Source of the DNA: a virus
IMG/VR virus record: IMGVR_UViG_3300032082_001293
Length of the DNA stretch: 64,000 nt
Reading direction: 5' to 3' (one strand)
This document shows positions 17,417-25,817 of the stretch, piece by piece. Numbering within the stretch: the first letter of the stretch is position 1; every line of letters begins with the position of its first letter. Under the pieces are notes generated by a model. That model had not been told where the DNA came from. It saw only the letters and a list, made by a program, of their open reading frames with translations, and made no database searches. Both the position numbers and the translations under genes were made by a program.

Positions 17417-19032
17417 TTAGCTTTCCCTAAGATTTTCCATACCGCTGATGCCAACTTAGCAACAGGCATCTTTTCCATTTTCTTTTTGTTTGCATCATTG
17501 ACTTTATCATATACAGTCAAGATTGCGTTAGCAGTCTGCATGTCCAGACCTTTCTTTGCACCTTTGTTCTTAACAACATCACGTGCAAGGTCAATAGCGT
17601 TTGCTTCATCAAGTTCGACTGATTCATTCATTGACTTGATATGACTAATCGCAGCCTGCTTTGCTTTGGTAAATGATTGAAAGGTTTTCCACTCTTTCCC
17701 GTCAATGTGCACAACAACGGGGTCAGTCATCTTTTTGCCTTTACGGAGATGTGTGTGAGTGTGGTCTTTACCATTCGCATCCTTGTAAACATAGGAAGCA
17801 ATAAATTTCATTCCTGCGGGAACCTTCGATGCTTCGTTGACCGACTCAACGTACATATTCAACTCGTACTTGCGACCTGTGTTGTACACTTGAACGTGAA
17901 GGTTCTGTTTCTTGTCTGTCTTGAGAATATGCGATACGGTTTTGCCAGTCGAAGGTTTTCTTGGGCCTGATGCGACTTTACTATCGATTTCATCAGGACG
18001 AACAGTTACACCATGTTTCTTCTTAGCATGGGCATATGCGTGTTGCATTGCCGCAGAATACGTATCGTGATAGATGTCATATCCAGTCGCAGACTTACCA
18101 GCATCTCTTTTTTCTTCGATTGACTCTTTGATGCTGTAGGAATTGATAGTCGCTCCCATATCACCCAATGCGAGGGTTGCGTCTTCACCATCTCGACTAT
18201 AAAGATGGAACTTCATTCCACCAGGCTTATTGGGGTCAACCATATTGACCTTATCAACGTTGTACTTTGCACTGCGTGATTTACCTTTCACCATGAAGGT
18301 ACGTTTAGTGCTACCTCTAATGCCAGAACCATAATCGATTGTAATCATGGAACCTTTCTTGAGCTTGTCAAAATCTTTACGAGACACTCTGGTTGCTTCA
18401 TCAAGTTCGACTGATTCTTTTGCATACTTCTTCTTAATCTTGTCGTATGTGACACCAGAATCGATTGCCTTCTTGACCATCGCCTTTGCTTGACCTTGAG
18501 GAACCTTATACTTCTTCATCACCATCTGAACTGCTTGGTCCATGTTCTTAGATGAACCGATAGTTGTCAGAATGTCTTTGATATCTTTGATGGTTGTTTC
18601 ATCAAGTGACTCAAGCGTGTTAGGAAAATCTTGATTTACTTGGTCGGTTGCTTCTTTTACTTTATCAGGAAGACCTTTGTGTTTTGTCTTTGCAAAATCT
18701 TTGACATCCTTTTTCTTCATCGTCTTAGCTGCTTGAGCAACTTCGGGAGAAGGTGCGTCCATTTCACCTTTCTGCACAGCACGAACCATACCCATAAACT
18801 TTTGCTGTTGTTTCGATACTGACTTCTCGTCAAGTTTTCCACGAAACTGTTCAAATGTGTAGGTCGCTTTTGAAATGTCGGATTTATCCACAGTAACTTT
18901 TTTCCCTAAAAATTTTAAAAGGTCCATGACTTTCTTAAAGTTTCCTTTCTCGATATAAGTTCCCGCAACGTGTTTTGCTGCGTTCTTAAAATCTTTTTGT
19001 CTAACTTTAAGAGATTCTTTTTTAATGTTCAT
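17413..19032 (-). CDS. modular Lys-rich polyprotein, probable internal head protein
   Basis: Six (L/I/V)xE linkers; DUF3008-like module KSVSKQQQKFMGMV. Confidence 0.7.
   Translation of the reverse strand: MNIKKESLKVRQKDFKNAAKHVAGTYIEKGNFKKVMDLLKFLGKKVTVDKSDISKATYTFEQFRGKLDEKSVSKQQQKFMGMVRAVQKGEMDAPSPEVAQAAKTMKKKDVKDFAKTKHKGLPDKVKEATDQVNQDFPNTLESLDETTIKDIKDILTTIGSSKNMDQAVQMVMKKYKVPQGQAKAMVKKAIDSGVTYDKIKKKYAKESVELDEATRVSRKDFDKLKKGSMITIDYGSGIRGSTKRTFMVKGKSRSAKYNVDKVNMVDPNKPGGMKFHLYSRDGEDATLALGDMGATINSYSIKESIEEKRDAGKSATGYDIYHDTYSAAMQHAYAHAKKKHGVTVRPDEIDSKVASGPRKPSTGKTVSHILKTDKKQNLHVQVYNTGRKYELNMYVESVNEASKVPAGMKFIASYVYKDANGKDHTHTHLRKGKKMTDPVVVHIDGKEWKTFQSFTKAKQAAISHIKSMNESVELDEANAIDLARDVVKNKGAKKGLDMQTANAILTVYDKVNDANKKKMEKMPVAKLASAVWKILGKAK
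17601..17625. repeat. 25-bp direct repeat copy 1 (encodes ESVELDEA)
   Basis: ttgcttcatcaagttcgactgattc, identical to 18393-18417. Confidence 0.95.
18393..18417. repeat. 25-bp direct repeat copy 2 (encodes ESVELDEA)
   Basis: Identical to 17601-17625. Confidence 0.95.
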
Positions 19033-19038
19033 AACTTC

Positions 19039-19046
19039 TATTTATA
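19039..19046 (-). promoter_or_regulatory. T4-type late promoter
   Basis: TATAAATA immediately upstream of ORF 17413..19032. Confidence 0.75.
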
Positions 19047-19274
19047 TTACGCCAAATCTTTATCGTGATTGAGACCACCTTTCTTCTTTTTAACGATAAA
19101 CGCATTGACCCTAGCATATCCCCATTGTTGTGGAGTAGTGCCTGGACGATGGCCCGTTTTCCATGCAGCAACACCACGGTCATAAACTTTTTTTAATGTT
19201 GCCCTTGAAATACCAGACTTCGCAGCTTTGTCTGCGAGAGCGTCTTCGGTAATCACGTAATCTTTAAACTTCAT
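19047..19274 (-). CDS. DUF5824-like small protein with capsid-targeting-like leader, 75 aa
   Basis: Start reassigned to MKFKDYVITE; RGVAAWKTGHRPG.T.QQWGYARVN. Confidence 0.7.
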   Translation of the reverse strand: MKFKDYVITEDALADKAAKSGISRATLKKVYDRGVAAWKTGHRPGTTPQQWGYARVNAFIVKKKKGGLNHDKDLA

Positions 19275-20655
19275 TGTTTTTACCCTTATGTTTAACATAA
19301 CCTTTTTTAGTGGCTTTCTTCTTGTCTGTATGAACAGTCGCTTTATTAAACTTGTGTGCAAACTTAGCAACAGGATTTTTCGTACTTTCTTTTCGTGGAT
19401 TCGTTTCTCGTGCCTGTCTTCTTGCTTTGGTAATCCTAGCCCTATCAATCATTCTATCGTGACGAATCTTATCAGCGTCCAGTTCACGATTGATAACTTT
19501 TCTAACAGAAGAAACTTCATCGTCTCTACGGAATTTTTCACCAAACATTTTGTTGTATGCTTTGGTATACTTGGAAGGCTTGGTTTCTGTGGTCTTATCG
19601 CCTGGCGCAGGTTTGTATGCGTTAGGGTCATCATCGTCCATCTTAGACTGTCTCTTAAACTGACGGTCTCTAGCAATCTTCTGCGCCTTAGATAAACCTT
19701 TGTGATAACGAGCAGGTTGTGTTCCCTTTCTCTTACCAATCTCTTTGTCTTGCGGAGTATCGGTTTCTTCGTTAGGCGTAATCTTCTTCGCCTTCTTAGT
19801 AGATGCAGGAGTTCCCCATTCAGGTTGATTCGATTCAATTAATTCAATACCGTCCAACCATTGGCGTGTTACTCTACCTTCATCTAATGCTACAATAACA
19901 TAGTTTGTGCCCAGACGATAAATCTCACCTTCTTTCATCGTATCTTTTACAAGAACTCTGTCACCAGGCTGGAATAACTCACCAGCGATATACTTTTCTC
20001 TGGTTTCAGAAACAACACCTAAATCGACGTGATTCTTAAATTCTTTGGTTTCTTTCAAACCCATTCCAACACGAAGGTCATTGAAAAGACGCTTAGCGTC
20101 TCTGTCAGACATTGATGATGGTACGCCCTGTGAGAATGTAGTAAAATCATTATTCGCAACATTCGCACGTTGTTTGGAGGCAGACATACCCTCAACACCT
20201 TCAGCATCGGGGTCACGGTCACCCGCAGATACTACGTTAATCTTTTCAAAGTTGTAGAATCCGTGTCTCGCTTTGGTACCATTGTATTTGTTCAATAATG
20301 TTTGAAACTCAGTAATGCGGTCAGCACCAACAACCATAGTGATTCTATTAAATCCTTGATTGTGGAGGGCTACAGCAATGTCGAAAGTGTTCCTAACTTT
20401 CTTATCAAGAATAACATTACGAGCATGTTTTGGGAACATTTTACGAACATGTTTTATTTTCTGTTCGTAAGATAATGGATTCTTCTTTGGGTCTGAAGAT
20501 TGGGAAAGATACACATAATAGGGGTTACGTCCAGCCTTAGTGGCAAGAACTGACATCAACTTTCCATGACCAATAGTAGGAGGATTCATCCTTCCAAAAG
20601 TAAAGAATGCCTCTTTGTTTTCTTCTACTAAGAATTGTTTAAATGAGGGTATCAT
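19264..20655 (-). CDS. HIGH-family nucleotidyltransferase (cytidylyltransferase-like) with C-terminal basic modules
   Basis: FTFGRMNPPTIGH, KNPL, VVGADR, GMSASKQR; leader MIPSFKQFLVEE. Confidence 0.85.
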   Translation of the reverse strand: MIPSFKQFLVEENKEAFFTFGRMNPPTIGHGKLMSVLATKAGRNPYYVYLSQSSDPKKNPLSYEQKIKHVRKMFPKHARNVILDKKVRNTFDIAVALHNQGFNRITMVVGADRITEFQTLLNKYNGTKARHGFYNFEKINVVSAGDRDPDAEGVEGMSASKQRANVANNDFTTFSQGVPSSMSDRDAKRLFNDLRVGMGLKETKEFKNHVDLGVVSETREKYIAGELFQPGDRVLVKDTMKEGEIYRLGTNYVIVALDEGRVTRQWLDGIELIESNQPEWGTPASTKKAKKITPNEETDTPQDKEIGKRKGTQPARYHKGLSKAQKIARDRQFKRQSKMDDDDPNAYKPAPGDKTTETKPSKYTKAYNKMFGEKFRRDDEVSSVRKVINRELDADKIRHDRMIDRARITKARRQARETNPRKESTKNPVAKFAHKFNKATVHTDKKKATKKGYVKHKGKNNEV

Positions 20656-21092
20656 TATTTCGCACCAGTTTGAACCTTTTTACGTTTTCTTTCCATTTCT
20701 TGTTTTCTCGCAAGAGGTAATGTCTTGCGAACTAAATTCTGAATACGTGATTGAGGCAGTTTGTCGATGCGGGCTTCTATTTCTTTTCTACGTGCAGCGG
20801 GGACTTCGTTACGAGATTTACCCTTTGAAAATTTTAGAAACAGTGTGTTTCTTACCTGTTTCATAGTTCTCTTTTTAAGAACGTCGATTGAAGCAGTCTT
20901 ACGTGCTGCTTTGGCGCGGCCGAGTTTCAACTTCGCTTTCATTCTTTTCATCAGACGAGAACGAGCACGTCTCTGAGAAAAATTCAGAGCCTCGTCTTGT
21001 TTGCGGTCTTTCGCATTTTTACTGATTTGGTCATCCATTCCGGGCGTGTAGTCCACGGTCTGAAAGTCCCTGAAACGAAGTGGTTTGGCCAC
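20655..21092 (-). CDS. basic (Arg/Lys-rich) protein, probable internal head protein
   Basis: Very basic composition, FRDF leader, QDEAL cleavage-like site. Confidence 0.6.
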   Translation of the reverse strand: MAKPLRFRDFQTVDYTPGMDDQISKNAKDRKQDEALNFSQRRARSRLMKRMKAKLKLGRAKAARKTASIDVLKKRTMKQVRNTLFLKFSKGKSRNEVPAARRKEIEARIDKLPQSRIQNLVRKTLPLARKQEMERKRKKVQTGAK

Positions 21093-21094
21093 TT

Positions 21095-22318
21095 TTAATT
21101 CCTCGTCGGTTTATCCCATCCCTTCAAAATATTTGGCGAAAAGTTGTTGTATGAAAATTCCAATCTATCAACAATCTTTACCGCATCACCACCTAACTTA
21201 TCGATTGCTACGTAACCCTCAGCACCCGTTACTTTAAAACCTTTAGTCGTTTTAACAAAGGTGTCGATGTTTTGCAATCGATTAAGTTTATTTATAAGTT
21301 TCATTTTCGCAAGAACAATTAATTTCTGAAGTCGGAACATATCGATGAGGTTGACTTTATTTTTGAGTGAGAAGAAAGAGAGTAACTCATCTCTCTTCTG
21401 TCTTTGTGTCGCCTTTCCAGCGGAAGTTTTTCTTTTAGCTATTTCTTTACCGTATTTACCGTGAATCCATCGAATCAACTTCTCAGTATGTGCTACTTCG
21501 TTTCCGATGACGGCGCCTTTTCGGACGAAGGTGTTGTTGTAGGTTTCGATGTGTTGTGCGAGGGTGGGGTTTCCTTCCAATTCTCGTAATGTCTTCCCGC
21601 TAATAGAATTAAATAAAACTCCAATTTGTGATAGAAGTTCGTTAACATCTTCGGTTTCTCTCTTAGTCATCGTTGCATTAGTTACGTCTCGCAACATTGC
21701 ATCTTGTGACCATACATTGGAAGATGATTTTAAAGATTTAACATCAACGCCATATGAAGCTCTCATGGTTTCAAATGTTTTTCCAGTGTATGTTGTGTGC
21801 CAAACAATTCCTATTTTGGCTGCTCGAATAGGTGCAGACTGTTCGTATGGTACAGCGTATACAATTGTGTTGGGGTGAAAGGTCACATACCTTTTACCAT
21901 CAATATTTTCGGTGGACAAATCTCCACGTCCAAACAGAAAGTCGCCCTGAATCACCCCTTTGATTCCCAAAGCAGGTAAATATCTCAGAGCGTCTTTCAG
22001 TTTGGTTGAGAGGTCGCCTGACGTGTCAGCATCGATCTCAGTTTCGGTCTTATAGACCTTTGGGTTCTTATTAAAGATACCCTTTTTGGCAACAAAGAAC
22101 TGCCCGTCCCTTGGGTCAGTACCAGCAAAGATAGCGGGAGCTCCATCCCACTTAACCGACACTCTACCCTCCTTCTTGCCTGAAAGCATGTCTCTCAAAT
22201 CACGCAGCGCAAAAATAGCTTGACGTGTCCCGTTGACACCACCATAGAGAACCTTGTCCTCGATATGGGTCATGTGCGTATTTTTTTGTTCTGTTAAAAA
22301 ATCTGAGAGTGTTTTCAT
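21095..22318 (-). CDS. DUF6267-like protein; covalent nucleotidyltransferase (RNA ligase-like) fold
   Basis: SVKWDG (motif I KxDG), FVAKKG, QGDFLF, EGYVA (motif IV), K in AVKIVDR; leader MKTLSDFLTE. Confidence 0.7.
   Translation of the reverse strand: MKTLSDFLTEQKNTHMTHIEDKVLYGGVNGTRQAIFALRDLRDMLSGKKEGRVSVKWDGAPAIFAGTDPRDGQFFVAKKGIFNKNPKVYKTETEIDADTSGDLSTKLKDALRYLPALGIKGVIQGDFLFGRGDLSTENIDGKRYVTFHPNTIVYAVPYEQSAPIRAAKIGIVWHTTYTGKTFETMRASYGVDVKSLKSSSNVWSQDAMLRDVTNATMTKRETEDVNELLSQIGVLFNSISGKTLRELEGNPTLAQHIETYNNTFVRKGAVIGNEVAHTEKLIRWIHGKYGKEIAKRKTSAGKATQRQKRDELLSFFSLKNKVNLIDMFRLQKLIVLAKMKLINKLNRLQNIDTFVKTTKGFKVTGAEGYVAIDKLGGDAVKIVDRLEFSYNNFSPNILKGWDKPTRN
21289..21296 (-). promoter_or_regulatory. 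possible internal late promoter
   Basis: TATAAATA inside the coding sequence, about 200 nt upstream of ORF 20655..21092. Confidence 0.35.
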
Positions 22319-22324
22319 AATATA

Positions 22325-22540
22325 TTATACTCGTTGGTCCCAAAAAGTCTTACTCAACTCACCACGAGTTGCATCAGCGGTGTCAGTTACTTTACGAACA
22401 CGAGTATAGACTTGATGAGAACCATCGGTGCGAACACCAGCGGTTTGTTTTTGCCAAAGTGCAGTCTGTTTCCCGCCTGGGTCTGGCGGATTATCATCAT
22501 ACTGCCAATTTGGATTGCCTGGAATGTTTTGCCACGCCAT
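22325..22540 (-). CDS. small hypothetical late protein
   Basis: 71 aa ORF directly behind a late promoter. Confidence 0.7.
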   Translation of the reverse strand: MAWQNIPGNPNWQYDDNPPDPGGKQTALWQKQTAGVRTDGSHQVYTRVRKVTDTADATRGELSKTFWDQRV

Positions 22541-22567
22541 TGAAAATATCTCGCAAAGGTTTCATAC

Positions 22568-22575
22568 TATTTATA
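22568..22575 (-). promoter_or_regulatory. T4-type late promoter
   Basis: TATAAATA. Confidence 0.75.
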
Positions 22576-22578
22576 CAA

Positions 22579-23982
22579 TTAATATAGTTTGACAAAGTAA
22601 CTTGATTGGTCCGTATCCGATTGTGCGTAACGAAACATTTTAGTTGTGAATTCGTTTCTCTTTGCAGCTGTACTACTCATAAGAATATCAACAAACTGCA
22701 TACATATTGCTTTACTATTTTTAAAATTATAATCAGACTCTTCCATAAAGCCCATAAACTCTGGTTTTTCCATCAGAGGTTTACTGGGTTGAGACTTACT
22801 ATTATATTTTTTATACAACTCGTATAGTTGTTCTTGAAACTTACCGTTAGTTTCATTCTGTTTAATCCAGTTAAGGTAGTCTCTTTCAGAACCAAACCCG
22901 CCGTATATTGTTTTTCCGAATACTTGTTGACAATAGAAGTTTACATTACCGCCACCAATCTTACCACCAGCTGCAGCACCACCTTTAATCTCACCTTGCC
23001 AAGAGGTGTCACCACCAAAGGTTCTAAATTGAACATCACCTTCACTGGTCTTCACATAGATGTCTTGTGAATTGAAGAAGTCTCCCGTTTTGCCGTATGT
23101 GAAACTTAGAAACTTATACGATGGTCTGCTTGCTAATTGACTGGGCGTGTTGAACTCTGTCCACTTAGCTTTTGCCTGATTTGCGGATACTTTCTTAAGC
23201 GATATTCCTAACAACTTACCTTTTTTTGCTAGGTCATATACCGCAGAATTAAGTTCACCCCAACTACTAATATGTTCTTTTAATGGAGTCTCAGTGGGTC
23301 TAAACGTGGAAGCCCAAATATCGCCAGGATTCCATTTATCATTTGAGAAACTACCTGGCGCCTGAGGCATTCCATTTTGTTTATCAATCTTGTGACAGTC
23401 TGCCTTCGCTTTGTACACTTCATTCATGAACTTAGAACCACGATGAAAGTATACCACACCTCTCATCTTACTTCCATGTTTGTCATACAGTGTATTGGCA
23501 GTCTTTATGTAAACGTCTGTCTCAACCCAGTTTGCAGGACCATTTTTCAAACAATCGTTTAGTGAAACGTCGGCATTGACATATTTCTCGGCTGACTTAA
23601 GGTCTTTGGGTGATACGGAAGTGCACTTACCCTTCTTAACATTGAAAACATAGGAACAATAATAACACTGTAAGGATTCAGTATACTTGGTATCTTCAGC
23701 ACCACCACCAGAACCAGAACCACCACCAAAGTCTTTGTCTTTGAAGACTTTGGTAAATGACGTTTCTTTGATAACTTTAGAGGAAGAAGATTCTTTATAT
23801 TGAAGAATTCTCTTTTTAGAATCGTACCCAATTCCGACAACAGTTTTACCAGCTTTGGTTGTCCCAATAATAAAAGGTTTTTTATCTTTTATTTTCAAAG
23901 AAAAAATTTTATCACGAGTTTCTCCGGCGTAATCACCGGAACTCGCAGTCTTTGAAAAATCTTTTGATTGTAGGGCAGCCAT
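22579..23982 (-). CDS. putative PD-(D/E)xK-fold nuclease
   Basis: KWNPGDIW and GISLKK motifs; start reassigned to MAALQ after the late promoter. Confidence 0.55.
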   Translation of the reverse strand: MAALQSKDFSKTASSGDYAGETRDKIFSLKIKDKKPFIIGTTKAGKTVVGIGYDSKKRILQYKESSSSKVIKETSFTKVFKDKDFGGGSGSGGGAEDTKYTESLQCYYCSYVFNVKKGKCTSVSPKDLKSAEKYVNADVSLNDCLKNGPANWVETDVYIKTANTLYDKHGSKMRGVVYFHRGSKFMNEVYKAKADCHKIDKQNGMPQAPGSFSNDKWNPGDIWASTFRPTETPLKEHISSWGELNSAVYDLAKKGKLLGISLKKVSANQAKAKWTEFNTPSQLASRPSYKFLSFTYGKTGDFFNSQDIYVKTSEGDVQFRTFGGDTSWQGEIKGGAAAGGKIGGGNVNFYCQQVFGKTIYGGFGSERDYLNWIKQNETNGKFQEQLYELYKKYNSKSQPSKPLMEKPEFMGFMEESDYNFKNSKAICMQFVDILMSSTAAKRNEFTTKMFRYAQSDTDQSSYFVKLY

Positions 23983-23986
23983 ACCC

Positions 23987-24184
23987 TTATTTATAAATAT
24001 TTTTCCAGTATTCTTTTTTTCTCTCGGAACAAGCGTCAACAATGTGTTTTCTTTCGTTTTGGTCGAAGGTATCCCACCATTGAATCTCAGTTAACAAACG
24101 AAAACAACCGATGCACATTTCATCGGTATCTAAAACACAAACCCCCAAGCAGGGGGAGTATACGTAATCTTTTTTGGGGTTCAT
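23987..24184 (-). CDS. DUF1289-like Fe-S/Cys protein
   Basis: SPCLGVC.L..DEMC.GCFR...EI..W. Confidence 0.85.
   Translation of the reverse strand: MNPKKDYVYSPCLGVCVLDTDEMCIGCFRLLTEIQWWDTFDQNERKHIVDACSERKKEYWKNIYK
23988..23999. promoter_or_regulatory. T4-type late promoter (palindromic TATTTATAAATA)
   Basis: TATAAATA on both strands. Confidence 0.7.
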
Positions 24185-24462
24185 CTTTTGAAATCGATTT
24201 TATCACATTCGAAACGTTCGATGCAATTTTGAATTTGTCTCTTCTTAATTGCAACGTCCATCTGAGCTCTAATTTTCTGAGCACGAACGTAGTCATCAGC
24301 CTTTTCGACATAAATTTCTTTAATCTCGATTTCACCCTTTTTAGTGAACTCTTCTTTCACTTCTTTAATGATGAACGCTGCAGCAAGAATATCACCGATA
24401 TTGGTGGCCTTCGCAGGAACAGCAAACAAAATTAACAACAAAGCAATCAGAACTTTTTTCAT
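24181..24462 (-). CDS. exported hypothetical protein
   Basis: Signal peptide MKKVLIALLLILFAVPAKA. Confidence 0.65.
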   Translation of the reverse strand: MKKVLIALLLILFAVPAKATNIGDILAAAFIIKEVKEEFTKKGEIEIKEIYVEKADDYVRAQKIRAQMDVAIKKRQIQNCIERFECDKIDFKR

Positions 24463-24483
24463 GATGATTTCCTTATTTACGAG

Positions 24484-24542
24484 GTAATTATCTCAGGTAT
24501 TTGGGGAAATGTCAACAGCGAAAAATGGAGATAAAGTGGAAG
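24484..24542 (-). promoter_or_regulatory. early promoter with class B upstream motif
   Basis: TTGACA-N17-GATAAT with extended TG; 25-bp upstream motif. Confidence 0.75.
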
Positions 24543-24544
24543 AT

Positions 24545-24730
24545 TTACTTCCAACTTACCGCCATTTCCCATGCCAAAAAATTCACTTTTATACAGTAAA
24601 AACTAGGCGAGTGGGTTTCTAGATATATAAAAATGGAAGGTAGGAGAGCCAATTCTTTGTATTGTTTCCAAGTGTTATCCATTTCAAATCGAAGGCCCCT
24701 ATCGAACACACTATTTTTAGACATCATCAA
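24545..24730 (-). CDS. hypothetical protein
   Basis: 61 aa, GGAG SD, overlaps upstream stop. Confidence 0.45.
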   Translation of the reverse strand: MMMSKNSVFDRGLRFEMDNTWKQYKELALLPSIFIYLETHSPSFYCIKVNFLAWEMAVSWK

Positions 24731-25038
24731 AATTCTCCAACAGCTGACTTATACGACTGAGTTTCTACTGCTTCACTTACCGTCTTTGCTGTCGCAAAGA
24801 TTTGACGGTAAATAACCCCCTTGTCATTATATATATTCGCACTGGGGTAACCTTCAGAGTTGCGTTCCATTTCAACCAGTTGACGTTCTTGACTATTTCG
24901 AGCAAGCGTACAAGCTTGGTCACGAACGTTTTGATAGATTTCCAAAAGAGAACCTTCATAAGGTCCTAATACGTTAATCACAACGTCATCAGGACACGTT
25001 TCCATTTCGACCAAAGTCAATTCAAGTTTTTCCATCAT
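24727..25038 (-). CDS. hypothetical early protein
   Basis: Start reassigned to MMEKLEL after GAGGAG. Confidence 0.65.
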   Translation of the reverse strand: MMEKLELTLVEMETCPDDVVINVLGPYEGSLLEIYQNVRDQACTLARNSQERQLVEMERNSEGYPSANIYNDKGVIYRQIFATAKTVSEAVETQSYKSAVGEF

Positions 25039-25050
25039 ATTACTCCTCAT

Positions 25051-25121
25051 TAAAAAAAAAATACGGTCTTGACATTTCACTCATACCAATTTTAGGAATT
25101 TTCGTTTGAAATGTCAAGACC
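25051..25121 (-). terminator. 15-bp inverted-repeat terminator containing a promoter
   Basis: GGTCTTGACATTTCA arms (25065-25079 / 25107-25121) then a T-run; TTGACA-N17-TAAAAT inside. Confidence 0.7.
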
Positions 25122-25127
25122 ATAAAC

Positions 25128-25403
25128 TTAGTGGACCACATCCATGTTAGGTACTTTTGCTTTGTTCAGTACACCATCGACATACCAGTCGAAGAAAGTG
25201 GCAGGACCCCAAGCATCAGCAGCACCCGTATCGAAATACGCATCGTGAATTGCTAAACCAACTTTGTCTGCGACATCATCACGACCATCTTGAGTCAAGT
25301 ACCAACCATCCGGTAAGGTGTGGTCAGCAAGAGTACCAAGGTCAAGGTTGTCCATGTCCAACAGCGGTTGAACAAAGTAATCAAAAAAATCATTTCCATC
25401 CAT
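25128..25403 (-). CDS. hypothetical early protein
   Basis: 91 aa acidic ORF in operon. Confidence 0.65.
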   Translation of the reverse strand: MDGNDFFDYFVQPLLDMDNLDLGTLADHTLPDGWYLTQDGRDDVADKVGLAIHDAYFDTGAADAWGPATFFDWYVDGVLNKAKVPNMDVVH

Positions 25404-25582
25404 TATACAAACTCCTCATTATCAATTTCTCGTGCTTCTTCCAAAATCTCAACGGCCTGCTCGACGGTGAAACCTTCTTCAGTCAGACGTTGAACAAATT
25501 CAAAGTTGGCGGGGAAGCCGGGGTATCCAGCATCACCAAACTCTTGAACAATCTTACCGATTCCGTAGTTTAGAATTTCCAT
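25403..25582 (-). CDS. hypothetical early protein, 59 aa
   Basis: Manual ORF MEILNYGIGKIVQEFG... Confidence 0.65.
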   Translation of the reverse strand: MEILNYGIGKIVQEFGDAGYPGFPANFEFVQRLTEEGFTVEQAVEILEEAREIDNEEFV

Positions 25583-25722
25583 TATGCCATACCCTCCGCT
25601 TCAAGTACAAGTGCGAGAACCTCAGTGATACGCTTCTCAATACGAGCATTGTCAGCGTCACACAACTCACCACGAATCTCTAACAGACAATCCAACTCAT
25701 TTCTCAAATCGTTTATATCCAT
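25582..25722 (-). CDS. hypothetical early protein, 46 aa
   Basis: Manual ORF MDINDLRNELDCLL..., AAGGAG SD. Confidence 0.65.
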   Translation of the reverse strand: MDINDLRNELDCLLEIRGELCDADNARIEKRITEVLALVLEAEGMA

Positions 25723-25743
25723 CTCTATCTCCTTAATTACAAA

Positions 25744-25812
25744 GTAATTATCGCATGGGAGATATGATTTGTCAACACTTTTTTTAGACTATTTTAGAAT
25801 AAGAATATAACT
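25744..25812 (-). promoter_or_regulatory. early promoter with class A upstream motif
   Basis: GTTATATTCTTATTCTAAAAT...AAAAAAAGTG-TTGACA-N17-GATAAT. Confidence 0.8.
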
Positions 25813-25817
25813 TTTTG

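Noticed and set aside
17601-18417. 25-bp direct repeats as a CRISPR mini-array
   Set aside because: Only two copies, 792 bp apart, in-frame inside a CDS; no cas genes
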